DNA of 64,000 nt, from the IMG/VR virus record IMGVR_UViG_3300042881_003464, positions 32,001 through 96,000 of that record; one strand, given 5' to 3'. The notes below the pieces were generated by a model. It did not search any database and was not told the DNA's origin. It saw only the letters and a list, made by a program, of their open reading frames with translations. This document shows, piece by piece, positions 38,619-48,233 of this stretch (the stretch's first letter is position 1; each line of letters starts with the position of its first letter). The translations under genes and the position numbers were made by a program. The DNA comes from a virus.

Positions 38619-39707
38619 TTATAATCCTGCCAATCTCTTGATGTCAATCACATTGCTGCGATCTTCATCTTGCTGAGGCGAGGTAGTTTTATCCCCAGTC
38701 ACTTCGCTAATCGATTCTGTAATCACTTTCTGGGCTTTCACAGATCGGTTCTCGAGCACCGCTGGTAGATATTTTTCAAAAGCGTTTTTCAGACGAGCAG
38801 TCTGTACGCTTTCAAGAAGATTGCGCATGATGTCCTGCTTCTCTTTGTTAAGAGGAGCCAACAGGTCGGCCATAATATTGGCACGTTCGTTGTTTTCACG
38901 AATCATACGAATTTCTCGTTCTTTACTTTCCACAACCACACGAGCTTGTTCGGCCACTTGTACGGCCTTGGACAACTTGGCATTTTTCTCAGCAATCACC
39001 GCATTGAGCTTGCGCACTTCTGCATTTTCATTGAGATGTGTAGCACCAAATTCAGCTGCATAGGCTTCAAAGATGCGACGGCCAAAATTGTTTTCTCGTG
39101 CAACTTGGATGTCTTCACGTAGCTGGTTGAGTTCAGCCTTGAGATGCTTGGATACCGCTTGACTCATCTTCTGCGCACTTTCTTTAACAAAGCGTGATTT
39201 CAATGACTCAAGTTTTACACGGGCATCGCGCACCAGACGCACTTGGGTTTCTACAACCTTTTGTTTGTCCTGAGCGAATTCCATGATTTCTTCTGCAAGT
39301 GCTCGCACCACAAAGGTTTCTAATTTTTCTAGTCCTTGGTTGTGAGCCTTGCGATCTCTACGCACTTCTGCGATTTCTTCAGCCAATTTCTTTACCATGA
39401 AGTCGTTGAACTTAGTGGCACTTTCTTTCATCTTGGCTTGGAACTTCACGCGATCTTCAGCAAGTTGACGCTTTTCAGCAGCAACGCCTTCGATCTCTGC
39501 GTTTAGACCTTCGGTTACCATGCGATCTAGGGCTTCAACCATCACGCTCTTGTCGTGCTCATAGCGTTGTGCAAACTCCTCGCGAAGTTCTGCACGTACC
39601 TGTTCACGAGCTTCATTTAGCTTGGTTTCCCAGGCTTCATTGATCTCGCGACTAACGTCTTCGTTAATCAGGCCGCTATCTAGTAATGGTTTGATGGCAT
39701 CTAACAT
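38619..39707 (-). CDS. gp22: Prohead core scaffold protein (gp22-like)
   Basis: Coiled-coil, Glu/Lys-rich; lies between protease and capsid. Confidence 0.85.
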   Translation of the reverse strand: MLDAIKPLLDSGLINEDVSREINEAWETKLNEAREQVRAELREEFAQRYEHDKSVMVEALDRMVTEGLNAEIEGVAAEKRQLAEDRVKFQAKMKESATKFNDFMVKKLAEEIAEVRRDRKAHNQGLEKLETFVVRALAEEIMEFAQDKQKVVETQVRLVRDARVKLESLKSRFVKESAQKMSQAVSKHLKAELNQLREDIQVARENNFGRRIFEAYAAEFGATHLNENAEVRKLNAVIAEKNAKLSKAVQVAEQARVVVESKEREIRMIRENNERANIMADLLAPLNKEKQDIMRNLLESVQTARLKNAFEKYLPAVLENRSVKAQKVITESISEVTGDKTTSPQQDEDRSNVIDIKRLAGL

Positions 39708-39720
39708 TATTAGATTCTCC

Positions 39721-40359
39721 TTAGATCTTGAGATCCTTGATAAGGCGTTTTACTTCCTCTTTCAGGTATCTCTGTACTTTGTTGTCCGTACCAACTTCTT
39801 TAGCTATCTCAAGAGCACGATGACCATATTTCATGTTCATCAAGCCCTCATAAACTGCTGTGGGATAAGCATTGGGTGCGCTGGGTTGGGCAACCACATC
39901 AACAGTAACTATTTCAAAGTCACTGACATGTCCGGTTCTATCGTCAACATTACCGCTGCCGCGGCTGCTAACGCCTAGTTTCACTCCAGAATCCAACATG
40001 GTCTTGACCAGTTGTCCCATAGGAGTTGGTAAAATTCTTAGTTTGCCGTAGCCATCGCTGCCATCCATCCACATTTTTTCAATCATGTGGCTAACCCGAT
40101 CTAGATTGATTTTGAGATCGTCTGGATGATCAACTTCGCCAAGCACACTCATACCACTGTTGATTTGTTCATTAATAGTGCCAACAGCACGATTAATTTC
40201 GCGAGTGGGATACACACGCTCATTGGCATTGCGCTTGTCACCCTGAATACAAATACCTTGCATGTAGAGTTTTTTACCACTCCCGTCAGGAGCTTCTTCT
40301 TGCAAGAGCTCCACACGGGCTTGGCTAAACGTCAGGGTTTCACGTAAACAGCGATTCAC
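39721..40359 (-). CDS. gp21: Prohead protease (gp21-like)
   Basis: NANERVYP, GEVDHP, GVSSRGSG, DVVAQPSAPNAY. Confidence 0.95.
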   Translation of the reverse strand: MNRCLRETLTFSQARVELLQEEAPDGSGKKLYMQGICIQGDKRNANERVYPTREINRAVGTINEQINSGMSVLGEVDHPDDLKINLDRVSHMIEKMWMDGSDGYGKLRILPTPMGQLVKTMLDSGVKLGVSSRGSGNVDDRTGHVSDFEIVTVDVVAQPSAPNAYPTAVYEGLMNMKYGHRALEIAKEVGTDNKVQRYLKEEVKRLIKDLKI

Positions 40360-40368
40360 AGCAAATCC

Positions 40369-41241
40369 TTACAGTGGGCTCTTGGTGTTTACACCAGTGG
40401 CCTGTGCTAGGTGTGGCTTAGGAGCAGGCTTTTGTGTTACCTTGGCCTTGGCAGGTGAATTTTGCACATCGCTGATTAGGTCTTTTACATTGTTGCTGTA
40501 AGCACCTGCTGCGTCATGCTTGCCACCCATGCTTGTGCCAGTGTGAACAGGCTTGCCTTCCATACCACGTGCGCCGCTGTTAGCAGCTACCACGCTTTTT
40601 TTGTTGATACCGCCTTCTTCAGAAGTGGTTGGCTTTGGTGCAGCTTTTAGGTTAACAGCCTCGCCCATTGGCATTGGCTCTTCGTCACCTATGTCTGCGT
40701 CCATGTCCATATCCATATCCATGTCTGCGCCGTCGTCGCCGATGTCAATGTCCAGCTCTTCTTCGCCGCCCATGTCATCGCCCATGTCTTCGTCGCCCAT
40801 TAGAGCTTCAAATTCGGCCATAAGCTCATCAAGCTTGTCTTCAATGTTCATGAGCTTGCCTTCGATATCATCACCGCCGGCTTCGTCAGCGCCCATGTCA
40901 TCGTCGCCTTCTTCATCGGCTTCCATAGAGATGCCTTCTTCTTCAACACTAACGTCGTCAATCAAGTCATCAGCGGAGTCTCCGCCCATCATTTCTTCGA
41001 CTTTTTCTTCATCGTCGTGCATGGCTTCGTCGACTTTTTCATCGTCATCGTCCATGGCTTCTTCGACTTTTTCCTCGTCATCGTCGTCGTGTTTGGCTTC
41101 ATCAATTTCTTCTTCAGCGTCCATCATTTCTTCATAGATCTGACGGCTTTTTTCAACTACGATATCGTGAAACAGGGCACGGGCCTTGTCCTCTTCATCG
41201 TTGATCACGTATTCAATTAACTGTTCGAACTTTTTGTTCAT
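40369..41241 (-). CDS. Highly acidic prohead core-like protein
   Basis: D/E/M-rich low-complexity centre; between portal and protease; start at ATG 41241 behind GAGGAG. Confidence 0.65.
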   Translation of the reverse strand: MNKKFEQLIEYVINDEEDKARALFHDIVVEKSRQIYEEMMDAEEEIDEAKHDDDDEEKVEEAMDDDDEKVDEAMHDDEEKVEEMMGGDSADDLIDDVSVEEEGISMEADEEGDDDMGADEAGGDDIEGKLMNIEDKLDELMAEFEALMGDEDMGDDMGGEEELDIDIGDDGADMDMDMDMDADIGDEEPMPMGEAVNLKAAPKPTTSEEGGINKKSVVAANSGARGMEGKPVHTGTSMGGKHDAAGAYSNNVKDLISDVQNSPAKAKVTQKPAPKPHLAQATGVNTKSPL

Positions 41242-41367
41242 GTGTAAGCTCCTCATGGGTAGAAATTTCATTTGTCCCCAAGAAGGGCAAATGTATTACT
41301 ATATTTAACGGATTGATGTAAAGAGTGCTCTAGATCGGCTGTTTTTTGCAATAAAATTACAAAAAAA

Positions 41368-41586
41368 TTAAATCGTAGGCTGTGGAGGCGGTGAATATTG
41401 ATTTTTTATGTCTTTGAGTTTTTCTTTGTATTCGTATTTTCTCAAATCATTCATTTGTCGCAGCTTGTTTAGCTGCTTGAGAGTAAGTCTGGTTTTACGG
41501 AGATTTTGTATCTGAGGACGGCTATTATCCTGTGCAGGATCTTGATAAGCAGTCGGACTACGTTGATATAATTCAGTAAGGACCAT
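41368..41586 (-). CDS. Small hypothetical head-region protein
   Basis: 72 aa, RKTRLTL.QLNKLR; TAAATA just upstream. Confidence 0.7.
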   Translation of the reverse strand: MVLTELYQRSPTAYQDPAQDNSRPQIQNLRKTRLTLKQLNKLRQMNDLRKYEYKEKLKDIKNQYSPPPQPTI

Positions 41587-41594
41587 GTTAATAT

Positions 41595-43334
41595 TTATAC
41601 CGAAGGTGGCGCTGCGGGAGCTGCTGTTGGGCCAGCTGCGTTTCCGGCAGTCGGAGGTACTCCACCAGCACCAGGTATTTCACCAGCACCAGGTTCGCCA
41701 ATATTGGCCAGTTCTTGCCCGGTTTCAAGGTCTGTTTGTAGTCCGCCTGGTGTCACACCTATACTACGTAGATCCTGACCTTGGGTGGTTTCAAGATCAG
41801 GTTCATCACGTTCTTCTTTCCAGAGTTTTTCGTTTTCTGCGATTTCGTCTTCGGTTAGCCCTAGGAAACGTTGCAGCATAAAACGCTTGCTCATGTATGG
41901 CAACGGCTCAAGTGATGTAAAACTGGCAATACGACTGGCATCTAGTTCGCTTTGACGATAGCTAGCAAAGTTCTGCGGGGGATTAAACTTAAGATCAAAT
42001 AATCCAGAGTCAATGTTAAAACCGCGCCAGGCCAAGAACATTTTGAATTCGTCGTCTAGTTTTTGCACAATACTCTGCTGCAAACGTTCACAATATTGAT
42101 TGAATCTGTATTCTTGAATCAAGGCTGTGCCTACTTTGCCGTCGTTCAATGCACGATCACTGTCGTCTGGGCCAGTGGGCAGATAGCTGCTGGGCACACG
42201 TAGACCACGTGCCATTTTGTTGTTAAAATACTTTAGATCGTCAATTTCGCCAAGGTTTTGACCGCCAGGCAGAGTATCAACTGTGCTACCTCGACCATCT
42301 GCTGTCTGTGGAAAAAAGTAATCTTCGCCAATGCTCAAGGGATTGTAAGCTGAATCCATGATGTTTTGCCCACCGCCGCCCACTGTGGGAATACGGCGTT
42401 GATGCATTTCATTTTTCACCCTCTCCACAAAGGCCATGGCCATGTGGCTGGGCATGTTGCCCACGTCAATCTTGAAAATACGCCGCTCTGGTGCACGTTG
42501 TACACGGTAAATCAAGATAGCATCTTCCAGCAGTTCTTTTTGTTTGAACACCTTGAAAATGTTTTCAAGAATACTTTGTCCAAACGGCCAAAAAGGATCT
42601 AGTCCTTCATTGAGACTAAGATGAACCACGTGCTTGGCATCAATACAGCTTTCGTTCATGGCCCTGCTGAAACGACCAGTGTTGGTCTGTGTGTTGGGCA
42701 TGGTGTAGCTTAGGTTGGTCATGTTGCCACCGGTGGGTGGGTTTACCATGTAGTCTTGTGATGTTTTTTGAGCTATGCTCAGGCTTTCAAAGTTGGGGTT
42801 GATATCCCGTATGATGTACTGTTCTGGACGCTTGCCTTCGCTTTCATTCACAATGATGCGACTGACCTTGGTCATGTCAACCCAGTACATTTCAAATGTT
42901 TCTGGATCACGCACAAACACCTGATCTCCGTACTTGATGGTGTTGCGGAACAGTTTGAAAATTCTTTGATCTAATTGATTGAGTTTGACCCACTGTTGTA
43001 ACTGTTTTTTGATGATGTCAATTTCATGATCAGTGGGCTGATCTCTAAACTTGATTTCAAAAGGTGTTTCGTTTTGTTCGTTGATCTGTGTGGAAAATTC
43101 AGCGATAATGTCTAAGCAAGCATTGATTTCCGAATCGCTGTCCATCATTTCGTATTGATTGTAGCGTTCAATACGATTTGGATGCCCGGTATAAACCTCA
43201 GGAAGTCGACTTGCATAGTTTCTAAATGCAAAGTCTGTTTGTGCTGAGTAACTTGAATACCCTTGATTCCTACCACTAATAGGACTCATTGTACCTGTGG
43301 TGTCAGCTACTTTAAAATACTTGCGCCATGTCAT
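41595..43334 (-). CDS. gp20: Portal protein (gp20-like)
   Basis: LLEDAILIYRVQRAPERRIFKIDVGNMP, EDYFFP, TLPGGQNLGEIDD. Confidence 0.97.
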   Translation of the reverse strand: MTWRKYFKVADTTGTMSPISGRNQGYSSYSAQTDFAFRNYASRLPEVYTGHPNRIERYNQYEMMDSDSEINACLDIIAEFSTQINEQNETPFEIKFRDQPTDHEIDIIKKQLQQWVKLNQLDQRIFKLFRNTIKYGDQVFVRDPETFEMYWVDMTKVSRIIVNESEGKRPEQYIIRDINPNFESLSIAQKTSQDYMVNPPTGGNMTNLSYTMPNTQTNTGRFSRAMNESCIDAKHVVHLSLNEGLDPFWPFGQSILENIFKVFKQKELLEDAILIYRVQRAPERRIFKIDVGNMPSHMAMAFVERVKNEMHQRRIPTVGGGGQNIMDSAYNPLSIGEDYFFPQTADGRGSTVDTLPGGQNLGEIDDLKYFNNKMARGLRVPSSYLPTGPDDSDRALNDGKVGTALIQEYRFNQYCERLQQSIVQKLDDEFKMFLAWRGFNIDSGLFDLKFNPPQNFASYRQSELDASRIASFTSLEPLPYMSKRFMLQRFLGLTEDEIAENEKLWKEERDEPDLETTQGQDLRSIGVTPGGLQTDLETGQELANIGEPGAGEIPGAGGVPPTAGNAAGPTAAPAAPPSV

Positions 43335-43348
43335 AGATATATTTACCG

Positions 43349-45862
43349 TTAGGCCCGCTGGTGTTGTAACATTCGAGTCAGCAGATCGTTTTGATCACGC
43401 TGTAAACGCACCATGTCTTGTATGCTACTGATCAGATCACCTGTACCTGAGCTAGACGAACTACGTGCAGCATCACTGATACTTCTCATGAATTCTTGAG
43501 GATTGAACGCTACAGGAATGCTGCTGCCGTCGGGCAGTGGTACCACAGCTTCTCTTCCGTGTAAGTTAGCCAAATAACCAGTGTCTGGACCAGACACCAC
43601 ACCTCCTCGAGCTAATTGCGGAATGTTGGCTACATCTTGAGATACTGGTGTCTGCTGATACAGACCAGTTGTAGCACCAATCATGCCTTGTCCCAACTTA
43701 TTGGACATTAGACTGTACACTTCAGCCACTGTACGAGTTCTACCTGTTTTGTCTTCAAAGATTGATCGGTTTGCTGAGTATTGTTTTAGACCAACCACCT
43801 CGCTAATCTTGGCGTTGGGCCGATTGTTCATGGCATTAAAGAAACCAATTGCACCTTCGGCACCAAGGAAGTGCATCATATAGAGTTCTTCGTTGGTTGG
43901 TGTTCTTCCAAATACCTGCTCAAAACGTCCAGCATTGCCTCGTGTAAAAAACGCAGCAGCCTCAGCACTTTTTTGTGGGTCAAACCTGTCGTCTAGGCTC
44001 CAGTTTTTGCCCATTTGCTTAGTGACACCTTTCCAAGTGTCTTCAGTGAATTGAAACAAGCCCTTGGCTGATGATGTGCCTGCTCCTGCTGTACGTTTAC
44101 CACTGCTTTCAACTAGAGCTACACTCTTGAGATAGTTCTGCATACGCGACTTGTCAAGATCGCCAGTGGTTGCTGCGCCACCCGCTGCTCCTGCTGCAGG
44201 CAAGTTAGCATAAGGGTTCCGTCCTGTCTGCTGTTCCTGTTCAATTAGCTTTTTAGCCCACTCAGGTACAGCATTGGGATTGTATTTTGAGATGTCCTTC
44301 CAATACTTGTACTGTTGTTCGTTTATTTCACGACTCATGCTGGGACCTGGGCCCGCGGCAGCTCGTGCAGCAGCAGCTTCTGCAGGACGAGCCATTTTTA
44401 GAATATCGTATTTGATGAAGTCAATTACCTCACCAATGGTATTGGTTAGGCGCAGAGTAAAACTGGATATTGACTTGTACAGATCACTTAATCCAGTGGT
44501 TATAGTGCCCGCTATACTCACAAACTTGCGAATAAGCTCTTGCATGCTCAGTGCAGCATCCAGCTGATTCTGTCTGGTCTGCACTTGATCCTCTAGTTCC
44601 TTTTCAGTGTTTTCTCTTTGTTCTTTTTGTTGCTTGAGTGCTTTTTGGTATTCTTTGTTTAGATCCCTATTGGCCATCATGGAAAGATTTTGGCCTTGAG
44701 CATAATCTATAAAAGTTTCACCAAAAGCACTGGTCAGTTGTGCTGTCTTGTTAAATGTTCTGTTGGTGTTGCCTATTGATCTACCTAACTCTGTAACGAA
44801 CTGAGCACCGTTGATCTGACCTTTGTTCAATGCATCCAAAGAACTGATAACTTGTCCTGTAGAACTGCGTACTAGTTTTTGACTTTCTGCTGCTTCTAGT
44901 GATCCACCTATCATGGCTCGGAATCCCGCAGCAGCTTCTGGACTTTGCTTGGCCAGCATTACATTGATAGCTTGATATTCTTCAGCAAGATTTGACTGTC
45001 CGTTGGCATAGAGTTCGTCAATCTTGGCACGGAACTTTTGTTCTGTCAATGCACGTTTCATTTCTTCTTCGACTTCTTTGCGCTGCTGACCCGTGATTGC
45101 TGCCAGTGCCTGTGTTTCTTGTAGGTATTTGTTTGCGCCTGAAGCAAGTTCAGCAAATGTTTTGTTTTGTGCTTGACCCAGGGTAGTTTGAAGTCTTATA
45201 TAACTGACCATGCCTTTGTTTTGCTGATCAATAGTTAGACCCATGCGTCTTAGACCCATGCGATAGTCATCAAATTGAGTGCTTACATTCGCTAGGGCTT
45301 GTCTACCTTCAAATACTGTGCCTTTAAACAAAGCCATGGTATCAGCATTTTCAGTGATCAAGTTTGTGAATGCGTTTAGACCTTCAGTGTTGTCTGCTAT
45401 GACATAGCCAAGCCGGGCAGATTCGTCACGAAGCCCTGAAAGTTGATCACTGGCAGTGCCGCCAACTTCAGCTAGTCTTGAATAGGCGTTGTAAATTCTA
45501 TCGCTGGACTCAGCTGCTAGACCAATGGCCTTGGCCAAACCAATTAGAGCCACACTCACTGCTTTAACAATTGGGCCGCCCATGAGCAAACCAAACGCTG
45601 CTACTGCTGTAGCGGTGGTTTCCACAGCATTGTTGAACACTGACATGCCCTGAGCACCGCTGTAAATCTGCTTGGTTAAATCAGAATAAGCTTTGGTGAC
45701 GTCAACTGCGCTGGTACGAACCTGCTTGGAAAATCCCTTGACCCCTACTTGTGCATCACGTACAGAATCAGCGGTGCTGGCATGCAGCTGGCCATAGGCA
45801 CGCATCTCTTCCATTACTTGACGTTGTAGCTCAGCCCGTTCTTGTTCGGTAAAATCTGCCAT
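43349..45862 (-). CDS. Tape measure / baseplate hub protein with lytic transglycosylase domain
   Basis: Long helical Ala-rich region; VESSG...SSAKGLFQF...W SLT motif; C-terminal GGVVSGP..LHGREAVVPL. Confidence 0.75.
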   Translation of the reverse strand: MADFTEQERAELQRQVMEEMRAYGQLHASTADSVRDAQVGVKGFSKQVRTSAVDVTKAYSDLTKQIYSGAQGMSVFNNAVETTATAVAAFGLLMGGPIVKAVSVALIGLAKAIGLAAESSDRIYNAYSRLAEVGGTASDQLSGLRDESARLGYVIADNTEGLNAFTNLITENADTMALFKGTVFEGRQALANVSTQFDDYRMGLRRMGLTIDQQNKGMVSYIRLQTTLGQAQNKTFAELASGANKYLQETQALAAITGQQRKEVEEEMKRALTEQKFRAKIDELYANGQSNLAEEYQAINVMLAKQSPEAAAGFRAMIGGSLEAAESQKLVRSSTGQVISSLDALNKGQINGAQFVTELGRSIGNTNRTFNKTAQLTSAFGETFIDYAQGQNLSMMANRDLNKEYQKALKQQKEQRENTEKELEDQVQTRQNQLDAALSMQELIRKFVSIAGTITTGLSDLYKSISSFTLRLTNTIGEVIDFIKYDILKMARPAEAAAARAAAGPGPSMSREINEQQYKYWKDISKYNPNAVPEWAKKLIEQEQQTGRNPYANLPAAGAAGGAATTGDLDKSRMQNYLKSVALVESSGKRTAGAGTSSAKGLFQFTEDTWKGVTKQMGKNWSLDDRFDPQKSAEAAAFFTRGNAGRFEQVFGRTPTNEELYMMHFLGAEGAIGFFNAMNNRPNAKISEVVGLKQYSANRSIFEDKTGRTRTVAEVYSLMSNKLGQGMIGATTGLYQQTPVSQDVANIPQLARGGVVSGPDTGYLANLHGREAVVPLPDGSSIPVAFNPQEFMRSISDAARSSSSSGTGDLISSIQDMVRLQRDQNDLLTRMLQHQRA

Positions 45863-45897
45863 GGTTTTCTTGGGTTATAAGTACTTTATCTATATTT

Positions 45898-46752
45898 ATG
45901 GATGTAAAAATGACCCCAACCGCTAATCCTTTACGGCAGTTTTTCCGCCAGCCAGCCATCTACCTGCGTTTACCTAGCCAAGGTAAATTCTGGCCGCCAG
46001 GCACCTTAACCATGACTGAAAACGGTGAGTTGCCAGTGTTGCCTATGACCGCGATTGATGAAATAACCTACCGCACACCTGATGCACTGTTTAACGGACA
46101 GGCAGTTGTGAGTGTGATTCAAAGCTGTGTGCCAAACATACGAAATGCCTGGGGCACTCCGGCCGTAGATATAGATGCCATACTCACAGCTATACGCATT
46201 GCCAGCTACGGACATGAACTAGAAATAGAGAGCCGCTGTCCCAAGTGTGAAGAAAGCCATACGTATGCACTGGATCTACGCCAAGTGCTTGACGGTTTCA
46301 AAATGCCAGACTATGATAGTTGTATTTCCAATGGTGATCTGGAAATACACTTTGTGCCTTTGAACTATCAGCAGATGCACGAAAACAATACCATGCAGTT
46401 TAATGACCAAAGACTGCTACAGATGTTGCCAAATGCAGAACTTCCAGAAGAAGAAAAAATCAAAATGTTAGCTGATGCTCTGCGCAAGGTCACTGAAATG
46501 ACTGTGGCCACACTAACAGCAACTATCAGCTTGATTAAAACATCAAATGCCATGGTCACAGAGCACGAACACATTGCTGATTTTTTGAAAAACTGCGATC
46601 GTAAGTTGTTTAACCGCATTCGTGATCACGTGGTTACGCTGCGAATGGACAGCGAACTTAAACCACTACAGGTTAAATGCAACAATTGTGAAAATCAGTA
46701 CACACAACCATTTACACTTGATCAAGCAAATTTTTTCGCGCCAGCCTCTTAA
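45898..46752 (+). CDS. Baseplate hub assembly / tail chaperone (gp26-like)
   Basis: LPS.G..W, MTA.DE, D.DAIL.AIR.AS.G, two CxxC, ends ..NFF. Confidence 0.75.
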   Translation: MDVKMTPTANPLRQFFRQPAIYLRLPSQGKFWPPGTLTMTENGELPVLPMTAIDEITYRTPDALFNGQAVVSVIQSCVPNIRNAWGTPAVDIDAILTAIRIASYGHELEIESRCPKCEESHTYALDLRQVLDGFKMPDYDSCISNGDLEIHFVPLNYQQMHENNTMQFNDQRLLQMLPNAELPEEEKIKMLADALRKVTEMTVATLTATISLIKTSNAMVTEHEHIADFLKNCDRKLFNRIRDHVVTLRMDSELKPLQVKCNNCENQYTQPFTLDQANFFAPAS

Positions 46753-46778
46753 CATCTAGCCCAGATGAAATTGAGGCA

Positions 46779-46967
46779 ATGGTCGCTACCATGGGCAAAG
46801 AAGCATCAGCTATCCGCCACGAAGCTCTCAAACTAAGTTGGTACATGCGTGGTGGTATCACTTACGAACAAGCACTGCAACTCAGCTACGAAGAACGCAT
46901 GGCCATAAATGACATTGTCAAAGAAAATCTTGAAACAACCAAAAAATCTGGATTACCTTTCTTCTAA
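46779..46967 (+). CDS. Small baseplate assembly ORF (gp51-like), probable -1 frameshift extension of upstream gene
   Basis: Lies in the -1 frame of 45898-46752, open back to the slippery site at 46728-46737. Confidence 0.65.
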   Translation: MVATMGKEASAIRHEALKLSWYMRGGITYEQALQLSYEERMAINDIVKENLETTKKSGLPFF

Positions 46968-47464
46968 TGGATTTTAATCAAGCACAAATTGACATCTTGC
47001 TTTGGATCACGGGTTTCGTGGAAAAGTCTAATCCACAGCTCAATGGATGGCCTCCCTGCCCATACGCACGTAGAGCTCGACTCAACGGAGAATTTGAAAT
47101 ACGTAAAGGTAAGATAGATCCCTATGTTGACCTACAGGCCATTGACATGGAAGAAAAAACCGTGGTGGCCTATGTGTATGATCCGCGACACTTTGAACCA
47201 GCTGTGTTCAATAATCTTGTGGATCAAGTCAACACTGACTTTTTAGTAGCCAGAGACCTATTGGCCTTGGCAGATCATCCTCTCAGTGAAGAAGTTGTTA
47301 ATGGTGTAAAGTTTAATCAGGGTACCTGGGCTATTGTGTTTGTGCAGCCACTTGCCAAGCTCAATGAATTTGCAAAACTACTTGCTGGCCAAGGTTATTA
47401 CAAGAACTGGCCTGAAGACTATCTACAAGGACTGTTTCAACATCGTGTTGATCCTCGCATATGA
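46967..47464 (+). CDS. DUF1415-like protein
   Basis: W...FVE....CPYA motif; DHP; Q.L.KL. Confidence 0.5.
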   Translation: MDFNQAQIDILLWITGFVEKSNPQLNGWPPCPYARRARLNGEFEIRKGKIDPYVDLQAIDMEEKTVVAYVYDPRHFEPAVFNNLVDQVNTDFLVARDLLALADHPLSEEVVNGVKFNQGTWAIVFVQPLAKLNEFAKLLAGQGYYKNWPEDYLQGLFQHRVDPRI

Positions 47465-47901
47465 ACTATCAATTTGCACGCATTAGGCTTGACGCCACAG
47501 ACTACAAACCCACTGTGTTTTGGGCATACCTTGACAAAACTGACTACAACATCGCAGCCTGTCAGGAAATCTACAAAAGCTACTGTAGATACAAAAAGTT
47601 TTCATCTGTGATGCCTATGTTTAACAGTAGATTTCAAGATCCCATGGCCGACATCATAGGATACTGGGATCAAACTCATTTGGTGGCCTTTAGCCTCATA
47701 CGCAGATTTGACGACAAAAATGCCTTGTGTGACCAGTTTGCTTGGACCTATCACGATCCAGAACTTCGCCTTGGCATAGAAACACTCAAGACCGAATGTG
47801 CTGTGTACAAACAACGTGGCTTTGATTATCTTTATCTTGAACAAGCACATCTTTATAAAAAACAGCTAGACGGATTTGAAATACTAGGACCAATTGAATG
47901 A
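47461..47901 (+). CDS. Aminoacyl-tRNA-protein transferase C-terminal-like (ATE_C / GNAT fold)
   Basis: Y...HLVAFSLI...Y.DP.LRLG..TL..E...K.RG.DYLYL...YK resembles the ATE/Bpt C-terminal signature. Confidence 0.55.
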   Translation: MNYQFARIRLDATDYKPTVFWAYLDKTDYNIAACQEIYKSYCRYKKFSSVMPMFNSRFQDPMADIIGYWDQTHLVAFSLIRRFDDKNALCDQFAWTYHDPELRLGIETLKTECAVYKQRGFDYLYLEQAHLYKKQLDGFEILGPIE

Positions 47902-48233
47902 GCGACTTATACACAATCTGGGCAGACAAACAAGGTGACATTTCTGATCTTGAATGGGTCAACAACATGCGAGGCTTTTTTGATCATTTGGTCAGTGAAG
48001 GCAAAATGTTGACCTATCGTATCACACGCTGCAAGATGGGATTCCGCAGCATTGCAGACATGCCAGAATGGATGATAATCATGGAATTTCGTGACATGGC
48101 GCAGATGGACGAGGCTTTTCGTCGTGTGGCACCACTACAGGGCGAACTAGAAGACAAACACCGTAGTTTCAATCAATTTGTAGCGGGCAACATACAACAT
48201 GCGTTGTTTCGCGATTGGCCAGATCAACTATGA
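47898..48233 (+). CDS. Dimeric alpha-beta barrel-like protein (DUF6614-like)
   Basis: YRITR.KMGFR...EW.I.MEF.D.AQMD.AF. Confidence 0.5.
   Translation: MSDLYTIWADKQGDISDLEWVNNMRGFFDHLVSEGKMLTYRITRCKMGFRSIADMPEWMIIMEFRDMAQMDEAFRRVAPLQGELEDKHRSFNQFVAGNIQHALFRDWPDQL

Noticed and set aside
38603-38647. N-terminal extension of the capsid ORF in the track
   Set aside because: It overlaps the scaffold gene, and the SD AAGGAG supports ATG at 38602.
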